Part shown: positions 28,348 through 36,794 of the stretch, piece by piece | Position numbering within the stretch: the first letter of the stretch is position 1 | How the letters are laid out: every line of letters starts with the position of its first letter | Assembly (NCBI GenBank): GCA_964592855.1 | Contig: CAZQKI010000003.1 | Span: forward strand, 1,273 to 56,243 | Length of the DNA: 54,971 nucleotides | Direction of reading: 5' to 3' | DNA from: an uncultured Lentisphaerales bacterium | Lineage (GTDB): Bacteria > Verrucomicrobiota > Kiritimatiellia > RFP12 > JAAYLN01 | The notes under the pieces: generated by a model | The model's database searches: none | What the model was told of the DNA's origin: nothing | What the model saw: the letters and a program-made list of their open reading frames with translations, nothing else | Made by a program: the position numbers and the translations under genes

Positions 28348-30465
28348 ATGGAACTGACTAACGAAATGCGAGTGCCGGCCGATGGACGGCTGGACAAACT
28401 GAAGGATTGCGACGGGTACTTCCCGTTCGAGCCGCCCCGGACCCGGGAGGAATGGGAGCGTCGTTCGGAAGCCGTTCGGCGGGGGATTCTCGTCGCGCTG
28501 GGCCTGTGGCCCATGCCGGCGAAGAAGCCGCTGTCCCCGGTCATCCATGGGCGCCGCGACTGCGGCGACTATACGTTCGAGAAGGTTATTTTCGAGAGTT
28601 TCCTGGGGTTTACTGTCACCGGCAGCCTCTATCGGCCCACGAATCAGGCGGGGCTGGCTCCGGGCGTGCTTTGTCCGCACGGGCATTGGCCGTCGGGACG
28701 CTTCCACGACGCCGGCGTGGAGAAGGCGGCCGAGGCGATCACGCAGGGGGCGGAGCAAATTGAAGCGGGCGCCCGCAGCCCGCTGCAGGCCCGCTGCGTG
28801 CAACTGGCGCGGATGGGATGCGTCGTCTTTCACTACGACATGGCGGGCTACGCCGACAGCACGCAGATCCCATTCGAAGTGGCCCACACCTTTGCCAAGC
28901 AGCGACCCGGAATGAATGCGCCAACCGATTGGGGCTTCTTCAGCCCCGCGGCCGAGTCGCACCTGCAATCCATCATGGGGCTGCAGACCTTCAACAGCAT
29001 CCGCGCCCTTGATTTTCTCACGAGCCTGCCCGGTGTCGACGCGCAGCGGATCGCGGTCACGGGGGCCAGCGGCGGCGGCACGCAGACCTTCATCCTGGGC
29101 GCCATCGATCCTCGCGTTTCCGTCGCCATTCCGGCGGTGATGGTCTCCACGGCCATGCAGGGCGGCTGCGTCTGCGAGAATGCGTCTCTGCTGCGGATCG
29201 GTTGCGGCAATGTCGATTTTGCCGCTCTTTTCGCGCCCAAGCCGCTGTGTCTGATCGCGGCGAACGACTGGACACGGGAGATGGCTGAGAAGGGATTTCC
29301 CCAGTTGCAGGCCCTCTATGCGCTTCTGGGCGCCGGCGCGCAGGTGGTGCTCCATCCGCTGCTGCAGTTCGGACACAATTACAACGCCGTCAGCCGTGCC
29401 TGCATGTATGCCTGGGTCAACAGCCAGTTCAAGCTTGGGTTGCCGGAGCCGATCGAGGAGGGCGACTATCCCCGTCTGTCGGCCGGAGAACTGACGGTCT
29501 GGGACGACGCCCATCCCCGTCCCCCCGGCGGTGAAGACTTCGAACGCCGGCTGTTGCGCGGTTGGCATGAGGATACGCAGCGGCAACTGGCAGACCTGAT
29601 CCCTGGAAACGTCGCGGAATGGCGGCGGTTCAAGACTATCGTGGGCGGGGCCGTCGATGCGATTGTCGGGGCGGGGGTGCCCGCTCCCGATCAGATCGTT
29701 TTCGAAGAGGCCGGCCGCGGTGCGGGCGATGGCCATACCGTTATCGCGGGTTGGGTGCGAAACGCCTCGCAGCGGAGTGAACTGCCGGTGCGGCTGCTCG
29801 TTCCCGATGCGGCTGGTTCCCGTCTCTGCGTCTGGCTCAGCCCAGTAGGCACGGCGGGGCTCTGGGCGGACGACCGCAAGCCTCGGCCCGAAATCACCAG
29901 CCTGCTCCGGGCGGGCGTGACCGTGCTCGGGGTCGATCTGCTGGGGCAGGGGGCGTTTCTTGCCGGCGGCACGCCGCCGGAGCAGACGCGGCTGGTGGAC
30001 AATCCGCGGGAAGTGGCGGCGTTTACGTTTGGCTACAACCACTCCCTGTTCGCCCAGCGGGTGCACGATGTGCTGACGGCGGTCGGTTTCGCCAGGACAC
30101 GCTGCACAGGCGCCACGGTGGCGCTGGTCGGCCTGGCGGGCGCTGGCCCGTGGGCCGCTGCCGCTCTGGCTCAGGCTGGCGCTGCGGTCTGCCACGCGGC
30201 GATCGACAGCGGCGGATTCCGCTTCGGCGACGTGGCGGATATTCGGTCGCCCGACTTTCTTCCCGGCGGTGCCAAGTACTTTGATTTGCCCGGCATGCTC
30301 GCCCTGGGCGCTCCAACACCGCTTTGGATCGCCGGTGAGCGCGCCGGGGCGCTGACGGTGGCTGCGGCCGCTTACCGTGCGGCTGGCAAACCGCAGGCGC
30401 TGGCGATAACCGACTGGGACCTGGCCGAACGGCCCGCTGCGGCGGTCCGCTGGCTGTTGAGCTAG
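28348..30465 (+). CDS. Alpha/beta-hydrolase, acetylxylan esterase-like, two-domain
   Basis: LCPHGHW, YDMAGY, RALDFL, nucleophile elbow TGASGGGTQT, GCVCEN, GHNY. The second hydrolase-like domain has VGLAGAG and lacks the Ser. Confidence 0.8.
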   Translation: MELTNEMRVPADGRLDKLKDCDGYFPFEPPRTREEWERRSEAVRRGILVALGLWPMPAKKPLSPVIHGRRDCGDYTFEKVIFESFLGFTVTGSLYRPTNQAGLAPGVLCPHGHWPSGRFHDAGVEKAAEAITQGAEQIEAGARSPLQARCVQLARMGCVVFHYDMAGYADSTQIPFEVAHTFAKQRPGMNAPTDWGFFSPAAESHLQSIMGLQTFNSIRALDFLTSLPGVDAQRIAVTGASGGGTQTFILGAIDPRVSVAIPAVMVSTAMQGGCVCENASLLRIGCGNVDFAALFAPKPLCLIAANDWTREMAEKGFPQLQALYALLGAGAQVVLHPLLQFGHNYNAVSRACMYAWVNSQFKLGLPEPIEEGDYPRLSAGELTVWDDAHPRPPGGEDFERRLLRGWHEDTQRQLADLIPGNVAEWRRFKTIVGGAVDAIVGAGVPAPDQIVFEEAGRGAGDGHTVIAGWVRNASQRSELPVRLLVPDAAGSRLCVWLSPVGTAGLWADDRKPRPEITSLLRAGVTVLGVDLLGQGAFLAGGTPPEQTRLVDNPREVAAFTFGYNHSLFAQRVHDVLTAVGFARTRCTGATVALVGLAGAGPWAAAALAQAGAAVCHAAIDSGGFRFGDVADIRSPDFLPGGAKYFDLPGMLALGAPTPLWIAGERAGALTVAAAAYRAAGKPQALAITDWDLAERPAAAVRWLLS

Positions 30466-30595
30466 AGGCGCTTGCAAAACCTCCGGTTTGTGCAAGCGAA
30501 GGGTTCAGGGTTCGGGGTTCAGGGAGAGTTTCCGGCCTGAACCCTGGCATCCTGAACCCTGATTCCTGGCGCTTGCCAGGTTTTGCAAGCGCCTC
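30465..30595. mobile_element. MITE-like element, 131 bp, with 18-bp perfect terminal inverted repeats and internal inverted heptamer arrays
   Basis: GAGGCGCTTGCAAAACCT...AGGTTTTGCAAGCGCCTC; internal (GGGTTC[A/G])x3 and CCTGAAC-type units. Confidence 0.75.
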
Positions 30596-30608
30596 AGAAA
30601 GCATTACG

Positions 30609-31817
30609 ATGAAAAACAAACAGTATCACGGTCGATTGTCCGAAGGAACCTGCGTCACCATCACCGTGGAAGGGAAACGGATTGCCCGCGTCGACGCGCG
30701 GCCTGATGACGCCGCGTTGCCTTATCTGCTGCCGGTGCTGGTCGATCTGCAGCACAACGGGGCGCTGGGGATCCGCTACGACAGCCTGTGCGAACGCGCG
30801 CCGTCCGACCTGGTGACGGTTGCCGACCATCTGCGGCGGCATGGGGTGGGGCGCTGCCTGATGACCTTCACCACCTATCCGCTCGACAAGCTGGCGCTGA
30901 GCGCCGCCCGCGCCTCGGCGTGGCTGGAGCAGGATGAGGCATTGAACCGGCTGTTTGTAGGGATCTTCCATGAAGGCGTATTCATTTCGCCCGAAGACGG
31001 CTGGCGCGGTGCGCACGCGCGCGAGTGGATACAGCCGCCCGATTACGAGGCGATGCGGCGGTTCGACGCCGAGTCCGGCGGACGGGTCAGGATCATCAAC
31101 GTGGCACCGGAGCAACCGGGCGGACTGGCCTTCATCGAACAGGTGGTCCGTGCCGGTAAGCTGGCGGCGCTGGGGCATTGCGGCCCCGACGCCGATACGG
31201 TGCACGATGCGGTCCGGCGCGGCGCGACGCTGGTCACGCACTTCGGTAACGGGGCTCCCGGCCTGATCCACCGTCACAAGAACCCGCTGTGGGCCTTCCT
31301 GAACGACCCCAGCCTGCGCCTGGGGCTGATCTGCGACGGGTTCCATCTGCCCCCCGACCTGATCGGGGCGGCGCTCAGGTGCAAGGGTGCGGGCGGGTGC
31401 TTTGCCGTCTCGGACGCCGCTTCATTCGCGGGATGTCCGCCCGGCGAATACGCGCGCACCGACGGGCGCCCGTTCACGATCGAGCCCGACGGCCTCACGC
31501 ACATGAACAACCGCGACGTGCTTGCGGGGTCCTGGTTCCAGCAGGACCGCTGCGTGGAGATCCTGGTTGCGCGGGTGGGGCTCTCCCTGCCCGATGCCTG
31601 GCGCTTGTGCAGCGAAGTCCCCGCCGCGATCATTGGCGAGAAACTCCCGGCCATCGCCGCGGGCGAAGAGGCCAGCTTCGTGCTGGCGCGGATGGAAGAC
31701 CGCCTGCTGATCGAGCAATCGGTTCACCTCGGCATTCCCTTCCTGACGGAACCGCTCGGCACCGGCGTACCGAAGGTGTCGCACGGATTGTCTGCTACGC
31801 CCGCTTCTCTGGAATAA
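30609..31817 (+). CDS. nagA: N-acetylglucosamine-6-phosphate deacetylase-like amidohydrolase
   Basis: DLQHNG, HEGVFIS, GAH, VAPE, LGH, THFGN, ICDGFHL, VSDA, LAGS motifs. Confidence 0.8.
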   Translation: MKNKQYHGRLSEGTCVTITVEGKRIARVDARPDDAALPYLLPVLVDLQHNGALGIRYDSLCERAPSDLVTVADHLRRHGVGRCLMTFTTYPLDKLALSAARASAWLEQDEALNRLFVGIFHEGVFISPEDGWRGAHAREWIQPPDYEAMRRFDAESGGRVRIINVAPEQPGGLAFIEQVVRAGKLAALGHCGPDADTVHDAVRRGATLVTHFGNGAPGLIHRHKNPLWAFLNDPSLRLGLICDGFHLPPDLIGAALRCKGAGGCFAVSDAASFAGCPPGEYARTDGRPFTIEPDGLTHMNNRDVLAGSWFQQDRCVEILVARVGLSLPDAWRLCSEVPAAIIGEKLPAIAAGEEASFVLARMEDRLLIEQSVHLGIPFLTEPLGTGVPKVSHGLSATPASLE

Positions 31818-31913
31818 CCCTAGAAAGTGCTGTTGTCGGTGATCGGTGATCCTTAACCGCTAATTTATGGGAAATCGAGAGGACTAATGCGGGTGGATCC
31901 CGCAACCCAATAT

Positions 31914-32027
31914 AACCGCAGATTGACGAATCCTGAACCGCAGAATGTCGAAGTCAATCCCGTTCCTTCGCGGTTGTCTTTGTCTTTCCTTCATGATTCG
32001 GACCTCATGATTCGTCAATCTGCGGTT
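31914..32027. mobile_element. MITE-like AACCGCAG element, 114 bp, 19-bp perfect terminal inverted repeats, preceded by a REP-like palindrome (31886-31908)
   Basis: AACCGCAGATTGACGAATC...GATTCGTCAATCTGCGGTT; both arms recur near the integron cassette. Confidence 0.75.
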
Positions 32028-32086
32028 CATACCGGTTTCAGTTCTGTACAACTTGCTATTTTTCGATGTAGCCAAGCCGTAAGGCA

Positions 32087-35000
32087 CTAACTGCCATCCT
32101 CCGCCTTGGGCCCTTTGCGGTAGAACCGGCCGAGGAGGGTGTAGATGACCGGAATGACGAGCAGGGTCAGGAAGGTGCTGGAGATCATGCCGCCGACCGC
32201 GACGACGCCCAGTGGACGGCGGCTTTCGGCCGAACCGCCGAAGCCGATTGCGATCGGCAGGATGCCGGCGATGGTTGAAAGGCTGGTCATCAGGATCGGG
32301 CGGAAGCGCAGGCGCGCGGCCTCCGTCACGGCGTCGCGGGCGTTCATGCCGCGCTCGCGGAGCTGGTTGGCGAACTCGACGATCAGGATCGAGTTCTTGC
32401 AGACCATCGCAACCAGGAGGATCAGGCCGACCTGGCTGAAGACGTTCATGTTCATCGATGGGATGCGCGGGATCAGGCGGCTGAGGATCCCCGCGATCGG
32501 CGGTGCATCGGGCGCGTAGTTGGCCCAGCCGAACATGCCCTGGCCGACTTGGTTCGCCCAGCTCAGGGCATAGAGCAGGCCGAACGCTCCGACGAAGGCC
32601 AGCGGCAGGGCCATCATCACGACGAACGGGTGCAGGAAGCTCTCGAACTGCGCCCCGAGCACCATGTAGACGACGATCACGGACATGAGCATGAACAGGT
32701 AGAGGTCGTACGACGACTCACGGAGGTTTCGGGCTTCCCCCTTCCAGTCGTGCCGCGTGTCGGCGGGCAGCACTTCGCGCAGCAGGGCTTCGGTCCGCTC
32801 GACGGCCGTGCCGAGCGTGACGCCGACCGGCGTGCCTTCGATCGTCGCGGAGCGTTGGCGGCGGAAGCGTTCGATGACGTTGGGGCCCGCGTGGATCGCG
32901 GTGGTGACGACGTTGGCGAGCGGCACCAGCGCGCCGGAGGAGGTGCGGACCGCGACGCGGTCGAGGTCCGCCGGATCCCGGCGATCGGAACCGTCCAGTT
33001 GCAGAATCACGTCGTACTGCTGCCCCTCGCGTGTGATCTTCGACGCGGCGTAGGGGGAGAACAGCAACTGCAGGGTGCGTGAGATGTCGGCCACGCTGAT
33101 GCCAAGTGCCCCGGCGCGTTCGCGGTCGATCTCGACGCGCAGCTCCGGCTTGTTGATCTCGAAGCTGCTGCGCAGGTTTGCGAACAGGCCAGTCTGGCGG
33201 AGGTGGCCGATCACCGCCTGCACGGTGCTGTTCAGCTCATCCAGCCCCGGGGCGCTCAGCACCAGCTGGAAGGGCTGGCCGAAGTCCACGTCCACCGCCT
33301 TGGACAGGATCGGGAACGCCAGGGAGCCTTCCGACTCGGTGATGAAGCGGACGCCCAGGCCGGCGGGCCCGCCCACCATGTCGCGGACATTGGGGCGCCC
33401 GTCTTCGGTCAGCCGGACGAACATGAAACCCAGGGACGGATTGCCGGGACCGGCGAACGGCAGGGCGACCGCCGAGAAGAACGAGTCGACGCCCGGCGTC
33501 TCCGCGGCGATGCCCTCGATCTGCCGCATCATCCGGTCGGTGTACTCCGGCGTGGCGCCCTCGGGTGAAATCGACAGCACCATGAGTCGTCCCTTGTCCT
33601 CTTCGGGCAGGAACTCCCGGTCGAGGTTGCGGAAAAAATACCCCGACAGGAGCAGCGACAGGAAGGCGAGCGCGAGCATCGCGGCGCGGTGACGAAGCGC
33701 CCAGCCGAGCCAGCGGGCATAGCGCTCGTTGAGGCGGTCCAGGCGCCGCTCGAAGAAGTTGTAGAGGCGGCCATGCTGCGCGGACACCGGCCGCAGGATG
33801 CGGGCGCTGACCATCGGCGCCAACGTCAGAGCCACCAACGTCGAAACGCTCACAGACACCGACATGGCGACGGCAAACTCGAGCAACAGCCGGCCGGTCA
33901 ATCCGCCGACGAAGACCAGCGGCAGGAAGATCGCGACCAGCGTCACGGTCGTGACGATGACGGCGAACGACACTTCGCGCATCGCCAGCAGGGCGGCCTG
34001 GAACGGCGGCTGGCCCTCCTCGATGTGGCGGTAGGTGTTCTCCAGCACGATGATCGAGTCGTCCACGACGATGCCGATGGCCAGCACCAGCGCCAGCAGC
34101 GTGAAGATGTTGATCGAGTGTCCGAGCGCATGCATGACGCCGAACGTCGCGATCAACGATACCGGAACCGCCAGCGTCGGGATGAGGGTCGACCGCAGGT
34201 TCCGCAGAAAGACGAAGATCGAGAGTACGACGAGCACGAAGGCCTGGCCCAGCGTGACCCAGACATCGTGCACCGCCTTCGAGATGTAGACGGATTCATC
34301 GTAGGGCAGCTTGACTTCGATGCCCTCCGGCAGCGTCGGTGTGAGTTCCTCGATGACCTTGCGGACGTTGCGCGCCACGTCCACCGTGTTGGCGCGCGAT
34401 TGGCGGACCACGCCCAGCCCCACGGCTGGCTGGCGGTTGAAGCGCGCCACGGCCCGCTCATCCTCGACCCCCGCCTCGGCGCGGCCGACATCCCCGAGCC
34501 GCACGGTCTTCGTGCCGTCTTCGCGCAGGACCAGGTTGTTGAACGGTTCCGCCGAGGCGAACTGCCCGCGGGTGAGGATGCTGATCTCGCGGTCGGCGCC
34601 CTCGATGCGGCCGCCGGGGAGTTCGAGGTTCTGGGTGCGGATGACGTTCTCCACATCGGTCACGGTGAGCCCGTGCGCGGACAGGCGGATCGGGTCGAGC
34701 CAGATGCGCACCGCGTCGTCCTTGGCGCCGCCCACGATGACCGAACTGACGCCGTCGACGGACTGCACGCGGTCCTTGACCAGATCCTCCACGAAACGCG
34801 TGAGCTGCTTCACCGTGTAGCGCGAGCTGTAGAACGCGATCCACATGATGGGCTGCGCGCCGGAGTCCTGCTTGGCAATGACCGGCTCCTCGATGTCGTC
34901 CGGCAGTTCCCCGCGGACGCGCGCGACGCGGTCGCGCACGTCCTGCGCGGCCACCTCGATGTTCCTTCCGGTGACGAACTCGACGGCGATGCTCGAGACT

Positions 35001-35308
35001 TGCTCCCGGCTTTCGCTGGTCAGCAACTTGATGCCTTCGATGCTGCTGATCTCCTCTTCGAGCCGTTCGGTGACTTCGCTCTCGACGACGTCCGCCCCTG
35101 CGCCGGGATAGACGGTGAGCACGTTGACGACGGGCGGGTCGATATCCGGCAGTTCGCGAACCGGCAGGCGGCTCAGGCCCATCAGCCCGAAGACGACCAG
35201 GGCCGCGTTGAGCATGATTGTCAGCACGGGGCGCCTGATGAAGACCTCGAAGATGTTCAACCGCGACGGCGAAGGGGTGGGGGTGGGGGATTGGGAAGGA
35301 GAACTCAT
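32087..35308 (-). CDS. RND efflux transporter permease subunit (AcrB/AcrD/AcrF family)
   Basis: FIRRPV, YPGA, GIVVDDSIIVLEN (TM4 DD), KNSILIVEF (TM10 K), RFRPILMT (TM11). Confidence 0.95.
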   Translation of the reverse strand: MSSPSQSPTPTPSPSRLNIFEVFIRRPVLTIMLNAALVVFGLMGLSRLPVRELPDIDPPVVNVLTVYPGAGADVVESEVTERLEEEISSIEGIKLLTSESREQVSSIAVEFVTGRNIEVAAQDVRDRVARVRGELPDDIEEPVIAKQDSGAQPIMWIAFYSSRYTVKQLTRFVEDLVKDRVQSVDGVSSVIVGGAKDDAVRIWLDPIRLSAHGLTVTDVENVIRTQNLELPGGRIEGADREISILTRGQFASAEPFNNLVLREDGTKTVRLGDVGRAEAGVEDERAVARFNRQPAVGLGVVRQSRANTVDVARNVRKVIEELTPTLPEGIEVKLPYDESVYISKAVHDVWVTLGQAFVLVVLSIFVFLRNLRSTLIPTLAVPVSLIATFGVMHALGHSINIFTLLALVLAIGIVVDDSIIVLENTYRHIEEGQPPFQAALLAMREVSFAVIVTTVTLVAIFLPLVFVGGLTGRLLLEFAVAMSVSVSVSTLVALTLAPMVSARILRPVSAQHGRLYNFFERRLDRLNERYARWLGWALRHRAAMLALAFLSLLLSGYFFRNLDREFLPEEDKGRLMVLSISPEGATPEYTDRMMRQIEGIAAETPGVDSFFSAVALPFAGPGNPSLGFMFVRLTEDGRPNVRDMVGGPAGLGVRFITESEGSLAFPILSKAVDVDFGQPFQLVLSAPGLDELNSTVQAVIGHLRQTGLFANLRSSFEINKPELRVEIDRERAGALGISVADISRTLQLLFSPYAASKITREGQQYDVILQLDGSDRRDPADLDRVAVRTSSGALVPLANVVTTAIHAGPNVIERFRRQRSATIEGTPVGVTLGTAVERTEALLREVLPADTRHDWKGEARNLRESSYDLYLFMLMSVIVVYMVLGAQFESFLHPFVVMMALPLAFVGAFGLLYALSWANQVGQGMFGWANYAPDAPPIAGILSRLIPRIPSMNMNVFSQVGLILLVAMVCKNSILIVEFANQLRERGMNARDAVTEAARLRFRPILMTSLSTIAGILPIAIGFGGSAESRRPLGVVAVGGMISSTFLTLLVIPVIYTLLGRFYRKGPKAEDGS

Positions 35309-35313
35309 GGCGG

Positions 35314-36426
35314 CTATCTCGGGCGGTCCATTGCATTCGTTGCGGCTTCAGGCGCGATGCCGTAGACGGCCGACTTGGGCGAGATCAGGATACGTGTTCC
35401 AGGGCCGAGCTTCTGGTGGCCTTCGACGACGACGCGCTCTCCGGCGGCAAGCCCCGCGGTGATCTCCACCATTCCGTCGATCCTCCGCCCCGGGGTCACG
35501 GGGCGGAATTCGGCGCGACCTTCAGCGTTCATCACCACGACACGGCTGCCTTCGGCGGAGAGTGTCTGCGCGGCGGCGGGGATGACGCATGCCACAGGAT
35601 TGACATTGACCGTCAGCCGCACGCGGCCGAACATGCCGGGGCGCAACGCCCCGTCCGGGTTGGCGGTGCGGGCCTTCACCTCGAGCGTCCGGGTCGCCGC
35701 GTCGAGTCTCGGGGCAAGGTAGACGATATTGGCCTCGCGCGGGTCGCCGCCTGCCGTGCTGTGGAATTCGACCTTCTGGCCCGCCGCGAGGCGCGTGGTG
35801 AACCGTTCGGGAACATGGAAGATCACCTCCAGGGGGTCCATCCGCACCAGTGCCGCCAGCAGCTGCCCGCGGCTGAGGAATTGGCCCGCGCTGACGTGGC
35901 GGCGGGTGATGACGCCATCGAACGGTGCCAGGATCCGCGCATCTGCGGCGTTTTCGCGGGCCAGTGTGAGCATCGCCTCGGCGGAGCGGAAGGTCGCTTC
36001 GGTTTGGTCGAAGTCCTGTTGCGGGATCGTCCCGCTCTTGCTCAGTTCCTCCCCGCGTCGATGGTTGACCTCGGCCAGCCGGTGGCTGGCGCGCGCCTGG
36101 GCGAGGTGCGCCTGGAGGCGCGCGTCGTCGAACCGGAACAGGAGCTGGCCGTTCGTGACGGCGGAGCCTTCCTCGAAGCCGATCTCCTCGAGACGGGCGT
36201 CCGTCTCGCTGACCAGGTCAACGGCGTCGCGCGCCTGGAGATCACCCACCAGGTCGAGCACGTCGCCGACCGGCCGAATGGTCACCGGTGCAACAACGGA
36301 GAGGACCTGCATGTCGGGAGGGGGGCCGCCTTGCGCGCCGGCCGGTCGGCCGCAGCCCGTCAACAGGGATAGTGATGTTGCAACAATCAAAGGGATGGCT
36401 TCAAGTGTATGGATTCGGAGTGTCAT
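35314..36426 (-). CDS. RND efflux periplasmic adaptor (membrane fusion) lipoprotein
   Basis: Lipobox LLTGC; APFDGVI, LRPGMF, GLAAGERVVVEG. Confidence 0.92.
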   Translation of the reverse strand: MTLRIHTLEAIPLIVATSLSLLTGCGRPAGAQGGPPPDMQVLSVVAPVTIRPVGDVLDLVGDLQARDAVDLVSETDARLEEIGFEEGSAVTNGQLLFRFDDARLQAHLAQARASHRLAEVNHRRGEELSKSGTIPQQDFDQTEATFRSAEAMLTLARENAADARILAPFDGVITRRHVSAGQFLSRGQLLAALVRMDPLEVIFHVPERFTTRLAAGQKVEFHSTAGGDPREANIVYLAPRLDAATRTLEVKARTANPDGALRPGMFGRVRLTVNVNPVACVIPAAAQTLSAEGSRVVVMNAEGRAEFRPVTPGRRIDGMVEITAGLAAGERVVVEGHQKLGPGTRILISPKSAVYGIAPEAATNAMDRPR

Positions 36427-36510
36427 GGGGCAGGCCTGGCTGGGATTGGGTCATTGAACGGCTAGATAGCTTACACGATACGCCCGGGGCAGGCACTTCC
36501 TTTTTTCAGG

Positions 36511-36563
36511 GGTAAAATGATTGGTAAAATGATGATTGGTAAAATGATTGATAAAATGATTGA
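36511..36563. repeat. Four tandem copies of an approximately 12-bp unit (TAAAATGATTG)
   Basis: GGTAAAATGATT GGTAAAATGATGATT GGTAAAATGATT GATAAAATGATTGA, in the divergent intergenic region. Confidence 0.8.
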
Positions 36564-36588
36564 CTTGATGGGGGGGGTGGTGTAAGTT
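36560..36588 (+). promoter_or_regulatory. Putative sigma70 promoter of the giant surface protein gene, with a G8 tract in the spacer
   Basis: TTGACT-17 bp (including G8 at 36570-36577)-TAAGTT. Confidence 0.55.
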
Positions 36589-36794
36589 AAAAACAACCTA
36601 GGGGATTTCTCTCGCTTTTTTGGAATTCCCCCCGAGGATCTTTTAACGAAGGCGTATTCGATTGCGTGAACACAAAAAGCGAATACCTCAAGAGAACATA
36701 CGGACGCGTGATGCACTCCACCGGGACAGAAGGCGGAGGCTGCGGGCGTTCCGTTTTTGTGGCTTTTTTACGCCCTAAAAGGGGGGGGGGATAG

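Noticed and set aside
25839-28544. 901-aa minus-strand ORF
   Set aside because: Antisense shadow of the DUF4838 gene; high-GC codon bias removes stops and no motifs are recognisable.
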